Shown one piece after another: positions 29,128 to 41,991 of a DNA stretch of 64,000 nt. Made by a program: the position numbers and the translations under genes. The first letter of the stretch is position 1; every line of letters starts with the position of its first letter. Source of the stretch: Deferrisomatales bacterium (GTDB lineage: Bacteria > Desulfobacterota > Deferrisomatia > Deferrisomatales > JACRMM01); the NCBI GenBank assembly GCA_033551855.1, contig JAWSUI010000003.1:32001-96000 (forward strand), in the 5' to 3' direction. Below the pieces are notes generated by a model that was not told the origin of the DNA, searched no databases, and worked only from the letters and a program-made list of their open reading frames with translations.

Positions 29128-29627
29128 GGGCCCAGGCGGCCTGGTGGGGCGCGCTGCTGGCCGGCCTTGCTTTGCAGACCACCCTCTTCCCGCTCTTCCT
29201 GACGGACCCCTGGCGGCCGGATCTCACGCGCGCCCTCGTCCTCTGGGTCGCCCTCACCGGGGCCCCTCGCGGCGGGGCTGTCCTCGCCTTCTCGGCGGGC
29301 CTGTTGCTGGATGCCGCTTCGGGAGCCCCCCTCGGGTTCGGCCCCCTGCTTCGCCTGTCCCTCTACGCGGCAGCCCGCCCCTTCCGGGGAATCTTCTTCG
29401 ACGACCGCCCCCTGCTCCTCCTTCCTTTCGCGACCCTCGGGCCCGCTCTGGAGGCCGCCGTGGCGGGGACCATGAGCTGGTTCGCTTTCCGAGCCCCCTT
29501 GGGGCTGAACACCCTGGCCTCGGGCGCGTGGGCCCAGGCCCTGGTGGACGCCCTGTGCGTCCCCCTGGTGTTCGTGGCCCTGGAGCTCGCCACCGGCCGC
29601 CGGCCCCGGCTGGAGGTCGGGACGTGA
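29124..29627 (+). CDS. mreD: Rod shape-determining protein MreD
   Basis: Hydrophobic protein, PDL..GLLLD; GTGA overlaps with mreC and mrdA. Confidence 0.85.
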   Translation: MRAQAAWWGALLAGLALQTTLFPLFLTDPWRPDLTRALVLWVALTGAPRGGAVLAFSAGLLLDAASGAPLGFGPLLRLSLYAAARPFRGIFFDDRPLLLLPFATLGPALEAAVAGTMSWFAFRAPLGLNTLASGAWAQALVDALCVPLVFVALELATGRRPRLEVGT

Positions 29628-31483
29628 CGCCTCCCAGGCTCCCCGCCCCTGTGCACCTGCGCCGGCGGTTCCTCTGGTGCGTGGTGTTGGTCCTCGCGGC
29701 CTTCTCGGTCCTGTGCCTGCGCCTGGTCTACCTGCAGGTGCTCGAGGGTTCGCGGTACCGCCATCTGAGCGAGAACAACCGCATCCGCATCGAACGGCTG
29801 CCAGCCCCCCGCGGCATCATCTTGGACCGCACCGGCGAAGTTCTGGCCGAGGTGCGCGCGACCTTCGATGCCCTCGTCATCCCCGCCGAAATGCCGCTGG
29901 GGGAGAGGGCGCGGGTGTATCGTGAGCTGGAAGCGACTCTGGGGCTCGATGGAGAAGCAGTGGCCCAGGCCGTGGAGGGTCCGGGCCCTCCCCGCTGGAA
30001 GCCCCGCATCCTCAAGCGTCACCTCACGCGCCCGGAGATGGCCCGGCTCGAGGCCCGCAGGCTGGAGCTCCCGGGAGTGGTCGTCCAGGCCACCCCGGTG
30101 CGGTTCTACCCCTTCGGCGACCTCCTGGGCTCCACCCTGGGGTACGTGGGAGAGATCTCCGCGGAGGAGCTGCGGCAGCCCGCCTACGCCGACTACGAGC
30201 CCGGGGACGCCCTCGGCAGGACGGGGCTGGAACGGGCGTGGGAAGGGGAGCTGCGGGGCGAAGCGGGCGGCCAGCAGGTGGAGGTCGACGTCCGGGGACG
30301 CAGGCTTCAGGTGCTGGCCGAACGTCACGCTCGGCCGGGTCACACGGTGACTCTCACGATCGACCGCCGCCTCCAGCAGGCGGCCCTGGACGCCCTGGGG
30401 GAGGAGTCCGGTGCGGTTGCCGTGGTGGGGGTGCGCACAGGGGACGTCCTCGCCCTGGCGTCGAGGCCGGGTTTCGACCCCAACGCGCTCGCCAAGGGGG
30501 TCACCGCCGCCGAGTGGGCTGCGCTCTCCAGCGATCCCCTCCACCCCCTCCAGAACCGGGCCATCCAGGGCCTGTACCCCCCTGCAAGCACCTTCAAGAT
30601 CGTAACTGCCCTCGCGGGGCTCGCCGAGGGGGTGATCACGCCCCAGACGCGGGTGTTCTGCTCGGGGAGCTACACCTTCGCCGGTCGCCCCTACCGATGC
30701 TGGAAGAGGACGGGGCACGGGTCCATGGATCTTCGCGCGGCGATGATCCAATCCTGCGACGTGTACTTCTACCAGCTCGGGCTGGATCTCGGCATCGACG
30801 CCATCGAGCGCCACTCCCTCGCTCTGGGCCTCGGGCGGCCGACGGGCCTGGACATCCCCTCGGAGAAGGGCGGGCTCGTCCCGTCGAGGGAGTGGAAGCG
30901 CAGGGCCCGGCGAGAGCCCTGGTACACAGGGGAGACTCTCTCGGTAGCCATCGGGCAGGGCTACCTGCTCACCACGCCCCTCCAACTCGCTTCCATGATG
31001 GCCGGCCTCGCACACCCCGAAGGGGTTCGGATGAGGTCGCGCATCGTCACGGGCACCGAAGACGCCCAGGGGCGCCCCCTCCAGGAGGTGCCGAGCCGGG
31101 AGATCGGGCGGCTCGGGTACCGCCGTGCACACCTCGATCTCATCAGGGACAGCCTGCGGGGTGTGGTCGCGTCGGAGCGCGGCACCGGGCGCCGCGCAGA
31201 GGTGGCGGGGTTCCCGGTGGCAGGGAAGACCGGCACGGCCCAAGTGGTGAAGCTCCCGGCAGAGGCGGCGCTTCCCCAGGACAGCATCCCCCGGGAACAC
31301 CGGGACCACGCGTGGTTCGTGTGCTACGCCCCTGTCGACGACCCGGAGATCGCGGTCGCCGTCCTCGTGGAACACGCGGGGCAGGGGGGCGGCGCCGTGG
31401 CGGCCCCCGTAGCACGAAAGGTCGTGGAGGCGTACCGGTCCCTACGGGGAGGGGCCGTGACCCTGGGGGAGGCCGGACGGTGA
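29624..31483 (+). CDS. mrdA: Penicillin-binding protein 2
   Basis: APRGIILDR, STFK, SCD, KTGT, DHAWF. Confidence 0.95.
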   Translation: MTPPRLPAPVHLRRRFLWCVVLVLAAFSVLCLRLVYLQVLEGSRYRHLSENNRIRIERLPAPRGIILDRTGEVLAEVRATFDALVIPAEMPLGERARVYRELEATLGLDGEAVAQAVEGPGPPRWKPRILKRHLTRPEMARLEARRLELPGVVVQATPVRFYPFGDLLGSTLGYVGEISAEELRQPAYADYEPGDALGRTGLERAWEGELRGEAGGQQVEVDVRGRRLQVLAERHARPGHTVTLTIDRRLQQAALDALGEESGAVAVVGVRTGDVLALASRPGFDPNALAKGVTAAEWAALSSDPLHPLQNRAIQGLYPPASTFKIVTALAGLAEGVITPQTRVFCSGSYTFAGRPYRCWKRTGHGSMDLRAAMIQSCDVYFYQLGLDLGIDAIERHSLALGLGRPTGLDIPSEKGGLVPSREWKRRARREPWYTGETLSVAIGQGYLLTTPLQLASMMAGLAHPEGVRMRSRIVTGTEDAQGRPLQEVPSREIGRLGYRRAHLDLIRDSLRGVVASERGTGRRAEVAGFPVAGKTGTAQVVKLPAEAALPQDSIPREHRDHAWFVCYAPVDDPEIAVAVLVEHAGQGGGAVAAPVARKVVEAYRSLRGGAVTLGEAGR

Positions 31484-32583
31484 GCCGACGCACCTGGACC
31501 GCCCAAATCGACTACGGGCTCCTCGCCCTGGTGCTCCTCCTCTCCGCCATGGGCCTGGTGGTGCTCTGGAGCGCCGGGCACGGCCCCGAAGGCGAGGTGG
31601 CAGGGTACGCAGCCCGCCAAGTGGGCTGGATGGCAGTGGGGATCGCCGCGATGCTGGCAGCCCTGGCGGTCGATTACCGCCACCTGGAGCGCTGGGCCGC
31701 GCACATCTACCTGATCCATCTGGCACTCCTGGTAGCGGTACTGCTCACCGGGCAGGCCAGCATGGGGGCGCAGCGGTGGCTCCCCGTCGGCCCGCTGCGC
31801 TTTCAGCCCTCGGAATTCATGAAGGTCGCGATGGCGGTGATGGCGGCCCAGCTGCTCTCCCGGGAGGCGGGGGCGCCCCCCCACGGCCTCCGGCAGCTCT
31901 GGAAACCTGCCCTGGCCACGGCCCTGCCGACGGGTCTCATCCTGATCCAGCCGGATCTCGGCACCGCCCTGCTGGTCGGGGCCGTAGGGGCCGGCGTGAT
32001 CCTGTTTCAGGGGCTTCGACGGCGCATCCTTGCGAGCCTCGGCATTGCGGTCCTGGCCCTGGCGCCGGTGGCATGGGGCCTGCTGCACGACTACCAGCGC
32101 GCGCGGATCCTCACCTTCTTGAACCCCGAGCGCGACCCCCTGGGGGCCGGGTACCACATCATCCAATCGAAGATCGCGGTTGGCTCCGGCCAACTGCTGG
32201 GCAAGGGGTTCCTGCAGGGGACCCAGGTCCGCCTGCAGTTCCTCCCCGAGCGCCACACGGATTTCATCTTCTCGGTCCTGGCGGAGGAGTGGGGCCTGGT
32301 GGGCTGTGCGACGGTGCTCTTCGTCTACGCGCTCCTCCTCCTCTGGGGGATCGACATCGCCGCCAAGGCCCGGGACCCTTTCGGGCGCTTGCTGGCCATC
32401 GGCGTCACGAGCATCCTCTTCTTCCACGTGGCCGTGAACGTCGGGATGGTGAGCGGCATGCTCCCCGTCGTGGGGGTGCCGTTGCCCCTCTTCTCTTACG
32501 GGGGCTCCTCCGTCCTGACCACCTATGTGATCATCGGAATCCTGCTCAGCATCCGGGCCCGCCGCTTTTCCCGAGGCCTTTAG
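31480..32583 (+). CDS. rodA: SEDS glycosyltransferase RodA
   Basis: GAQRW, QPSEFMK, QPDLGT, LPERHTDFIF, SYGGSS. Confidence 0.95.
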   Translation: MSRRTWTAQIDYGLLALVLLLSAMGLVVLWSAGHGPEGEVAGYAARQVGWMAVGIAAMLAALAVDYRHLERWAAHIYLIHLALLVAVLLTGQASMGAQRWLPVGPLRFQPSEFMKVAMAVMAAQLLSREAGAPPHGLRQLWKPALATALPTGLILIQPDLGTALLVGAVGAGVILFQGLRRRILASLGIAVLALAPVAWGLLHDYQRARILTFLNPERDPLGAGYHIIQSKIAVGSGQLLGKGFLQGTQVRLQFLPERHTDFIFSVLAEEWGLVGCATVLFVYALLLLWGIDIAAKARDPFGRLLAIGVTSILFFHVAVNVGMVSGMLPVVGVPLPLFSYGGSSVLTTYVIIGILLSIRARRFSRGL

Positions 32584-32602
32584 TTTCTTCGGGGAGAAAC
32601 CG

Positions 32603-33229
32603 ATGAAGAACCCCATGATCCGACAAGACGCAGACACCTTCGTGGCCCTGGGCCAAGCCGTCTCCCTGGCCACCCTGGAGGGAGCCCTGGGGCGCGGCGA
32701 TACGCGGGAACTGAACGCAGCGCTGGTGGCCGGTATCCTGAGCGGGTGCATGGAGCTCGACACCTATGCCCGGGTCCACGATGCCCTCGCCCGTCTGCTG
32801 GAGCGAACCTTTGCCGAACCCCCCGGGGCCCGCAGCGACATCCGAGCCGGGGAGGGTGCTGTCCAGGACGGCGACGACCGCCTGGGCGTCTATCTGGAAG
32901 TGGTTGGCGACGCCTGGGAGAAGGTCTCCTGGGAAGGGGAGGCGTGCGGGCGCCTAAAGGAATTCGTGGAGCGCGCGTTCGACCTCTCCCGGGCCCGCTT
33001 CGGCGAAGGAGCCTGGTTTCGGGCGCCCCTGCGTGGCACGGTCGAGAGCGTATCCCGCGAGGCCCGCGCCGCAGGCCTTCTCGTGGTGTCGGTCCAGGGG
33101 ACCCCGCCGACAGGGGAGCTCGAAGCGACCCTGGAGACGGCCGACGCCCCCGCAGGCCCGGCCCGGGTAGTCCTGGGCTGGGGCGATCGCCGCACCGCCC
33201 TCGACCTCCACTCCTGCGCCACCGCCTGA
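32603..33229 (+). CDS. Hypothetical protein (208 aa)
   Basis: SD GGGGAG, 19 nt after rodA; no family recognised. Confidence 0.6.
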   Translation: MKNPMIRQDADTFVALGQAVSLATLEGALGRGDTRELNAALVAGILSGCMELDTYARVHDALARLLERTFAEPPGARSDIRAGEGAVQDGDDRLGVYLEVVGDAWEKVSWEGEACGRLKEFVERAFDLSRARFGEGAWFRAPLRGTVESVSREARAAGLLVVSVQGTPPTGELEATLETADAPAGPARVVLGWGDRRTALDLHSCATA

Positions 33230-33490
33230 GAACGGGAACCCCTCGCAGAGACTCCGCGGGTCGCGAGCAGCCTTCGGCTACGGGTGATCGCACCCGCCCC
33301 TCCCGCACCAGACAGCCTGGTCTTCGCCGCGAACCGGCGCATGCGGGCCCTTTCGCGCCGGCGGTCGGGCTCGGGGGCGACCTCCGGAAGCGCCCCCGTC
33401 CGCAAGCTCGGGGGCTTCCGGACGGAGGAGTCCTCGGAAGCGGGGCGCGGGCGCTTCCCGGGTTCAGGCCGCGGGTGGTACAGTGCCGGC

Positions 33491-34858
33491 ATGACCAAGA
33501 TCCGGCGCATGTTCGAGTGCCAGAACTGCGGCGCCCAGTCTCCCAAGTGGCTGGGCCGGTGCACGGACTGCGGGGGGTGGGGCACCCTCACCGAAGGTCC
33601 GCCGGCACAACCCCCGGCGGGCCGGAGGCCCTTTGCCGGGCTGGCAAGCTCGGGCGGGCCGGTACCCCTGGCGGAAGTGACGGTCGAAGGTGAAGACCGC
33701 TCGCCCACCGGTGTCCCGGAATTCGATCGGGTGCTCGGGGGAGGGCTCGTTCCCGGGTCGGCGATTCTGGTAGGCGGAGACCCGGGCATCGGCAAGTCCA
33801 CCCTCCTTCTTCAAGTGCTCCAAGCCCTTTCTCGGTCCCAGGGAAAGACCCTCTACATCTCGGGGGAGGAATCGGTCCGCCAGATCCGGATGCGCGCGGA
33901 CCGGCTGGGCGGCCCGGAGAGCGACCTCCTGGTCTTGGCCGAAACGGACGTCGGGAGGATTCTAGACGCCCTGGAGGCCGCCCGACCCGTCGCCGCCGTG
34001 GTGGACAGCGTCCAGACCCTGTTTTCCGCGGAGATCGGGAGTGCACCCGGAACGGTCAGCCAGGTTCGCGAAGTCTCGGGCCGGTTGGTGGTCCACGCGA
34101 AGACCCTGGGCATGCCCGTGTTCCTCGTGGGGCACGTCACGAAGGACGGCTCCCTCGCCGGTCCCCGGGTGCTCGAGCACATGGTCGACACCGTGCTGTA
34201 CTTCGAGGGAGACCGTGGTCACCCCTATCGGATCCTCCGGGCCGTGAAGAACCGCTTCGGCTCCACCAACGAAGTGGGCGTGTTCGAGATGGCCGATCGA
34301 GGGCTGTCCGGAGTGGAGAACCCTTCGGCGCTCTTCCTCTCCGAACGCCCCGTCGGGGCCCCGGGTTCCGCTGTGGTGCCCGCCCTGGAAGGGACGCGGA
34401 CCCTCCTGGCGGAGGTGCAGGCCCTCGTGAGTCCGTGCGCACACGGCAGCCCCCAGCGGACGACCTGGGGGGTCGAGCGCACCCGCGTGCAGATCCTCTC
34501 CGCCCTGCTGGAACGGAGGCTCGGGGTGCCGCTCCTCAGCCACGATATCTTCGTGAAGGTATCCGGAGGGTTCGACATCTCGGAACCCGCGGCCGACCTA
34601 GCCGTAGTGGCGGCGTTGGTCTCGGCGGCGAGAGACCGCCCCCTGCCGGAGAAAGCGGTCTTCTTCGGCGAAGTGGGTCTCGCCGGCGAGGTGCGGGGCG
34701 TGTCCCGGCCCGAGGCGCGTCTGGCCGAGGCGGCACGGCTGGGCTTCCATACAGCCTTCGGTCCCCGTGGAGCGGCAACCCCCAAGCGCGCCGGGGGCAA
34801 CATCGCGTTCCACCCGCTGGGGCGGCTCGCCGACCTCCTGGAGGCAATCACGCGCTGA
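33491..34858 (+). CDS. radA: DNA repair protein RadA/Sms
   Basis: CQNC..CTDC zinc finger, GDPGIGKST, KNRFG, Lon-like C-terminus. Confidence 0.96.
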   Translation: MTKIRRMFECQNCGAQSPKWLGRCTDCGGWGTLTEGPPAQPPAGRRPFAGLASSGGPVPLAEVTVEGEDRSPTGVPEFDRVLGGGLVPGSAILVGGDPGIGKSTLLLQVLQALSRSQGKTLYISGEESVRQIRMRADRLGGPESDLLVLAETDVGRILDALEAARPVAAVVDSVQTLFSAEIGSAPGTVSQVREVSGRLVVHAKTLGMPVFLVGHVTKDGSLAGPRVLEHMVDTVLYFEGDRGHPYRILRAVKNRFGSTNEVGVFEMADRGLSGVENPSALFLSERPVGAPGSAVVPALEGTRTLLAEVQALVSPCAHGSPQRTTWGVERTRVQILSALLERRLGVPLLSHDIFVKVSGGFDISEPAADLAVVAALVSAARDRPLPEKAVFFGEVGLAGEVRGVSRPEARLAEAARLGFHTAFGPRGAATPKRAGGNIAFHPLGRLADLLEAITR

Positions 34859-34908
34859 GGCAGCGCCTAGCCTTCACCCCCCCGGGCTCCCCCACCGATA
34901 TCGGCGGC

Positions 34909-35319
34909 TCAGCCGCGCCCCTTCTCCTGGACGAGCTCCGTCAGCACCCCGCCGGAGGACTTGGGATGCACGAAGGCGATGGAGGTGTTGTGGGCTCCCG
35001 TGCGAGGCTTCTCGTCCACCATCCTCACCCCGGCGCCCATGAGGCGCTCGACCTCGGCGGCCGTGTCGTCGACCTCATAGGCGATGTGGTGGAACCCGGG
35101 CCCGTTCTTTTCCAGGAACTTGGCCACCGGGGACTCGGGGCTCGTGGGCTGGACGAGCTCCAGGCGAACCTCGCCGATGGGCAGGAACGCCACCTTGACC
35201 TTCTGGTCCGCCACCTCCTCGATCCCCCCGAGGGTGAGCCCCAGGTGCTCGGTGTAGAAGCGGGCGGCCGCGTCGATGTCCGGGACAGCGATGCCGATGT
35301 GGTTGATCTTGCTGGGCAT
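34909..35319 (-). CDS. mce: Methylmalonyl-CoA epimerase
   Basis: NHIGIAV, ELVQP, GFHHIAY, FVHPKSSGGVLTEL. Confidence 0.93.
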   Translation of the reverse strand: MPSKINHIGIAVPDIDAAARFYTEHLGLTLGGIEEVADQKVKVAFLPIGEVRLELVQPTSPESPVAKFLEKNGPGFHHIAYEVDDTAAEVERLMGAGVRMVDEKPRTGAHNTSIAFVHPKSSGGVLTELVQEKGRG

Positions 35320-35382
35320 GGGCAGTTCCTCCTTGCTGCTCCCTGGGCCCGCCCGGGGGGCGGACGGCGCACTGCGGGCGTT

Positions 35383-35778
35383 CTACCCGAGGCGTTCCCG
35401 GATGAAATCCACCACCGCGGTGGTATCGGTGCCGGGCAAGAAGATCTCGGCAAACCCTACGTCCTTGAGGGACGGGATGTCCTCCATCGGGATGATCCCC
35501 CCCCCGAAGAGCAGAAGCTCTGCTTTCCCCTTGCGGCTCAGCCCTTCCGCCACCCGCGGAAACAGAACCATGTGCGCCCCGGAGAGGCACGACAACCCCA
35601 CCACATCCACGTCTTCTTGGACGGCGGCAGCCACGATCTTCTCCGGCGTCTGGCGAATCCCTGTGTAGATGACTTCCATCCCGGCATCCCGCAGGGCCCT
35701 GGCCACGACTTTGGCTCCCCGGTCGTGTCCGTCGAGACCCGGCTTGGCGATCAGGACGCGGATCTTTTTCTGAGCCAT
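35383..35778 (-). CDS. Methylmalonyl-CoA mutase, B12-binding small subunit
   Basis: [23 protein letters not shown]. Confidence 0.93.
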   Translation of the reverse strand: MAQKKIRVLIAKPGLDGHDRGAKVVARALRDAGMEVIYTGIRQTPEKIVAAAVQEDVDVVGLSCLSGAHMVLFPRVAEGLSRKGKAELLLFGGGIIPMEDIPSLKDVGFAEIFLPGTDTTAVVDFIRERLG

Positions 35779-35833
35779 CGTGACTTCCTCCCTGGCCCTC
35801 AGATGGGACCTTTCGAACCCGTGACGCTGGCGC

Positions 35834-37495
<1,662 letters not shown>

Positions 37496-37528
37496 GGGTC
37501 GTCTCCTTCCGGTTGCCGGCGTCGCGGC

Positions 37529-37975
37529 TCACCCGCCGATGGTCATCAGCACTTCCCCCACCCCCACGTCCTGGCCCTTGGCGACCTTGACCTCGGAGAC
37601 GGTCCCGGCCACGTGGGCCTTGATCTCGTTCTCCATCTTCATCGCTTCCATCACCAGCACGGTGTCGCCGACCTCGACCGCGTCGCCCACCTTGACCGCC
37701 ACGCTCAGAATGTGGCCCGGCATCGGGGCGGTGATCACCTCTCCCGCCCCCAAGACGGGAGCGGCGGGTGCCGCGGGCGCGGCGATGGGGGCGCGGGGCG
37801 GCGGGGCTGCCGGAGCGGGGGTCGCCGCGGGGGTCGGGGTCGGGGCCGCACCCCCTGCGGGAATCTCCACCTCGTAGGGCACGCCGTTTACGGTGACGCT
37901 GGCGCCGGTGCCGGAGATCCGGCCGATCTCCACCCGGTACGGATTGCCGTTGATGACCAAATCGTAGCGGCTCAT
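37529..37975 (-). CDS. Biotin carboxyl carrier protein (1.3S/MmdC-like)
   Basis: Ala/Pro linker, APMPG, EAMKM. Confidence 0.92.
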   Translation of the reverse strand: MSRYDLVINGNPYRVEIGRISGTGASVTVNGVPYEVEIPAGGAAPTPTPAATPAPAAPPPRAPIAAPAAPAAPVLGAGEVITAPMPGHILSVAVKVGDAVEVGDTVLVMEAMKMENEIKAHVAGTVSEVKVAKGQDVGVGEVLMTIGG

Positions 37976-38032
37976 GCGCGTCGGCTCCTTCTGGTGTCGG
38001 CTCGCGTGGTCCCGGGCCGGAGCCCGGCTCGC

Positions 38033-39583
38033 TCACAGCGGGATGTTTCCGTGCTTTCGCGGCGGATTCGAGTCGCGCTTGTTCCGGCATGCCTCCAGGG
38101 CCTGGATCACGCGGATGCGCGTGTCCTCCGGAAGGATGACCTCGTCCACGTAGCCGAGCTCGGCCGCCTGGTAGGGGTTGGCGAACCGCTCCGTGTACTC
38201 CTCGATCTTCTGCACCCGCGCCGCCTTGGGGTCTTCGGACTTGTCGATCTCTTTGCGGAAGATGATGTCCACCGCCCCCTGGGGGCCCATCACCGCGATC
38301 TCGGCGGTGGGGTATGCCAGGTTCACGTCGCCGCGCAGGTGTTTGGAGCTCATCACGCAGTAGGCGCCACCGTAGGCCTTCCGGGTGATCACGGTGATCT
38401 TGGGGACCGTGGCCTCCGAGTATGCGTAGATCAGCTTGGCCCCGTGCTTGATGATACCCCGGTATTCCTGGTCGGTGCCCGGAAGGTAGCCCGGTACGTC
38501 CTCCAGGGTGACGATGGGAACGTTGAAGGCGTCGCAGAACCGGACGAACCGAGCGCCCTTCATGGACGCGTCGCAGTCGAGGCAGCCGGCCAGGTGGTTC
38601 GGCTGGTTGGCGACGATGCCGACCACCGCCCCCCCCATCCGGGCGAAACCGACCACGATATTGGGCGCGTAGTGCTGGTGCACCTCGAAGAAGTCCCCGT
38701 GGTCCGCCATGGCTCGGATGATGTCCTTGATGTCGTAGCCCTTGTTCGGATTGTCCGGGACCGTTTGGTTGATCTCCGGGAGCTTGCGGTCCACCGGGTC
38801 GTCACAGGGGACCGCCGGGGGGTCCTCCAGGTTGTTGGAGGGGAGGAAGGACAGGAGCCGCTGGATCTGGGCGAGGCAGTCCCGGTCGTCCGTCGCCATG
38901 AAGTGGGCGACGCCGGACTTCTGGTTGTGGGTGAGCGCTCCCCCCAGGGCATCCATGGTCACGTCCTCGTTCGTCACCGATTTGATCACCCGAGGCCCGG
39001 TGATGAACATGTGGCTCGTGCCGTCCACCATGAAGACGAAATCGGTGAGCGCCGGGCTGTACACCGCGCCCCCGGCACAGGTGCCCACGATCGCCGAGAT
39101 CTGTGGGACCACCCCGGAGCTCATCACGTTGCGGTGGAAGATGTTGGCGTATCCGGCGAGACTCTGGACGCCCTCCTGGATGCGGGCCCCCCCGGAGTCG
39201 TTCAGGCCGACCACGGGCGCCCCGTTCTTCAGGGCCATATCCATGATCTTGCAGATCTTGTTCGACATGGTCAGGGACAGGCTTCCGCCGAACACGGTGA
39301 AGTCCTGGGCGTACGCGTACGTGAGCCGCCCGTCGACCTTGCCGTAGCCGGTGACGATGCCGTCGCCCGGGAACTTGGTCGCCTCCATCCCGAAGTTCGT
39401 GCACTGATGGGTCACGAGCTTGTCGACCTCGACAAAGGTGCCCGGGTCGAAGAGCGCCTCGAGGCGTTCCCTCGCCGTGAGCTTCCCCTGCTCGTGATGC
39501 TTGGCAACGCGCTCGGCGCCTCCGCCCGCTTCGGCCTCCCGGTTCTTCCCGGCGAGGAGCTCGAACTTCTTCTCCAGGCTCAT
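38033..39583 (-). CDS. Acyl-CoA carboxyltransferase (PccB/MmdA/transcarboxylase 12S-like)
   Basis: [41 protein letters not shown]. Confidence 0.94.
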   Translation of the reverse strand: MSLEKKFELLAGKNREAEAGGGAERVAKHHEQGKLTARERLEALFDPGTFVEVDKLVTHQCTNFGMEATKFPGDGIVTGYGKVDGRLTYAYAQDFTVFGGSLSLTMSNKICKIMDMALKNGAPVVGLNDSGGARIQEGVQSLAGYANIFHRNVMSSGVVPQISAIVGTCAGGAVYSPALTDFVFMVDGTSHMFITGPRVIKSVTNEDVTMDALGGALTHNQKSGVAHFMATDDRDCLAQIQRLLSFLPSNNLEDPPAVPCDDPVDRKLPEINQTVPDNPNKGYDIKDIIRAMADHGDFFEVHQHYAPNIVVGFARMGGAVVGIVANQPNHLAGCLDCDASMKGARFVRFCDAFNVPIVTLEDVPGYLPGTDQEYRGIIKHGAKLIYAYSEATVPKITVITRKAYGGAYCVMSSKHLRGDVNLAYPTAEIAVMGPQGAVDIIFRKEIDKSEDPKAARVQKIEEYTERFANPYQAAELGYVDEVILPEDTRIRVIQALEACRNKRDSNPPRKHGNIPL

Positions 39584-39698
39584 CCGATTCCTCCTTAACA
39601 CAGACGTTACCCGTTCGAGAGGCCGCGCTCCCTGTGGAACGACGCCTTGGGCGCGGGTCTTGCGGGGCTCCGGAAACCTCCCTGCCTGCTCCCTTCCC

Positions 39699-41663
39699 CT
39701 ACCCCAAGGTCAGGAGCAGGGCGTCCTTGGTCACATTGTCGCCCTTCTGGAAGCACACCTGCTGGACCACCCCGTCCACCGGCGCCTCGAGGCCGTTCTC
39801 CATCTTCATGGCCTCCAGTACCACCACCACGTCACCGGCCTTGACGGGATCCCCCGCCTTGACCAGGATGTCCACGATCATCCCCGGCATGGGGGCGGTC
39901 ACCTGCCCCTTGGCTCCCACCGCCGGTGCCGGCGGGGGCGCCGCTGCGGGCGCCTGGGCAGGGGGAGCCTCCGCCCGGGGTGCCGGGCCGGCGGGGGCGG
40001 GACGAGCGACCGGGGCAGGGGCCGCGGCGACGGGAGTCGCGGACGTCACGACCGGCTCTCCACCCAGGCCCTCCACCGCCACCTCGAAGTACTCGCCGTC
40101 CACGAACACGTTGAAGGTCCGGGCAGCCGGGCCAACGACAGGGACCTTCTTGACGGGTTTCTCCACGAGCTCGCCGGCGAGGGCCTTGCGGCACAGGTCC
40201 TGCTCCCTCTTCCAGTCCTCCGCCGTCCGGGGCTTCCACTCCGGCGGCGGGGGCTCCTTTCCGGCTCGCACCGCCAGGAACCGCTTCCCGGTCGTGGGGA
40301 ACATGTTGTAGAGGAGCAGGTCGGCCCGGGATCTCGCCAGGTCGCCGATCTCCGCCCTGGCCTTCTCGAGCTCGGGTTCGAGGACGTCTGCGGGCCGGCA
40401 GGTGATCGGCTCCTCGCCTCGAGGGTATCCCTTCAGGGCAAGCTTCTGGAGCTCACGGCTGATCGGTCGTGGGGGCTGCCCATACAACCCGTAGCAGTAA
40501 TCCTTGACCTGACCGGAGATCATCTTGTACCGCTCGGCGATGGTCCCCCCCGGCTTGCCCATGAGGACGTTCATGACCGCCTGGACGCCGACGATCTGGC
40601 TGGTGGGGGTGACGAGGGGAGGAAAACCCAGGTCCTCCCGGACCCGGGGAAGCTCGGCGAAGACCTCGTTCAGGCGGTGCTCGGCGCCGGCTTCGCGAAG
40701 CTGGTTGACCAGGTTCGAGAGCATGCCTCCCGGGGTCTGGTGCATGAGCACCCCGATGTCCGCCACGGCAAGGCGCGTCGTGTCCAGCAAGTGGCGGTAC
40801 TTCGGGGCGATGGATTCCAGGTACTCCGCCACCTCGTTCAGGACCTCCAAGTCGAAGCCCGTGTCCCGGTCGGTGCCCTGGAGCATCATGACAATGGGCT
40901 CGATGGCCGGGTGGCTCGAGCGACCGGCAAAGGGCGCCGAGCAAGTGTCGAGAATGTCCACGCCGGCTTCGATCGCCCTCTGGAAGGCGTACTCCGCGAG
41001 CCCGGACGTCGTGTGGCAGTGGAGCTCCACCGGCAGTTTCGTGGCCTTCTTGATCGCCTTGACGAGATCGTAGGCGTCATCCGGCGCGAGCAGGCCCGCC
41101 ATGTCCTTGATGCAGATCGAGTGCGCTCCCATGGAGGCGAAGGTCTTGGCCTTGCCCACCCAGTAGTCCAGGTCGAAGATCTCCCCGCCCATCTTCCGTC
41201 CCGTCACCGTGTAGGACAGAGCCGCCTGGAAGTGCATCCCGTTCGCGACGACGCGACGCGCCACGGTATCGAAATTCCGGGCGTCGTTGAGGGCGTCGAA
41301 GATGCGAAAGATGTCGATGCCGGCCTCGCAGGCCTCGTCCACGAAGGCATTGGCCATGTCGTCGGCGTAGTTTCGATAGCCGACGAGGTTCTGCCCCCGC
41401 AGCAGCATCTGGAACTTCACGTCCTTGGGGATGTACCGGCGCAGGCGCTTCGGCCGCTCCCAGGGATCCTCCCCCAGAAAGCGGTGCATGGTGTCGAACG
41501 TGGCCCCCCCCCAGACCTCCATGGCGTGGTAGCCGACCTTCCCCACGGTATCGAGGATGGCCTCGATGTCCTCGGTGCGCATCCGGGTCGCGAACAAGCT
41601 CTGGTGGCCATCTCGGAAGGTGAGATCGGTGATCTTCAGGGGCTGCTTCGACGACTTGCTCAT
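39699..41663 (-). CDS. Pyruvate/oxaloacetate carboxyltransferase with C-terminal biotin domain (PycB/OadA/5S-like)
   Basis: [36 protein letters not shown]. Confidence 0.93.
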   Translation of the reverse strand: MSKSSKQPLKITDLTFRDGHQSLFATRMRTEDIEAILDTVGKVGYHAMEVWGGATFDTMHRFLGEDPWERPKRLRRYIPKDVKFQMLLRGQNLVGYRNYADDMANAFVDEACEAGIDIFRIFDALNDARNFDTVARRVVANGMHFQAALSYTVTGRKMGGEIFDLDYWVGKAKTFASMGAHSICIKDMAGLLAPDDAYDLVKAIKKATKLPVELHCHTTSGLAEYAFQRAIEAGVDILDTCSAPFAGRSSHPAIEPIVMMLQGTDRDTGFDLEVLNEVAEYLESIAPKYRHLLDTTRLAVADIGVLMHQTPGGMLSNLVNQLREAGAEHRLNEVFAELPRVREDLGFPPLVTPTSQIVGVQAVMNVLMGKPGGTIAERYKMISGQVKDYCYGLYGQPPRPISRELQKLALKGYPRGEEPITCRPADVLEPELEKARAEIGDLARSRADLLLYNMFPTTGKRFLAVRAGKEPPPPEWKPRTAEDWKREQDLCRKALAGELVEKPVKKVPVVGPAARTFNVFVDGEYFEVAVEGLGGEPVVTSATPVAAAPAPVARPAPAGPAPRAEAPPAQAPAAAPPPAPAVGAKGQVTAPMPGMIVDILVKAGDPVKAGDVVVVLEAMKMENGLEAPVDGVVQQVCFQKGDNVTKDALLLTLG

Positions 41664-41714
41664 GGCATGCTCCTTGTCCTCAAAAACCGCAGGCGGATAC
41701 CGAACAGGAACCGG

Positions 41715-41921
41715 CTACCAGGATCTCGTCAGGCGCCGCTGCCACAGATCCCGCAAGGCCATGGACTCCTGCCGGCCGGCCAGGCCCCAGGACGCAAAAC
41801 CCGGAGGTGTGGTCGGGGCGGGCCGCCCAGGGGGCACCGCCGTTTCCGGCTGGGCTTCGGCGAGATACTGCAGGACGGCTGCCATCGCGGCAGCCACCTT
41901 CACGGCAGGGTGACTCCCCAT
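41715..41921 (-). CDS. Small carboxylase accessory subunit (epsilon/OadG C-terminal-like)
   Basis: SD GGGAGG; VAAAMAAV..Pro-rich..SWGLAGRQESM; directly upstream of the carboxyltransferase. Confidence 0.65.
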   Translation of the reverse strand: MGSHPAVKVAAAMAAVLQYLAEAQPETAVPPGRPAPTTPPGFASWGLAGRQESMALRDLWQRRLTRSW

Positions 41922-41991
41922 GACTCCTCCCTTCCCGTCTCTGAATTCGCGCAACAGGCGCCCGGGTGAGCCGGGGCGGTGTCCGCCCCCC

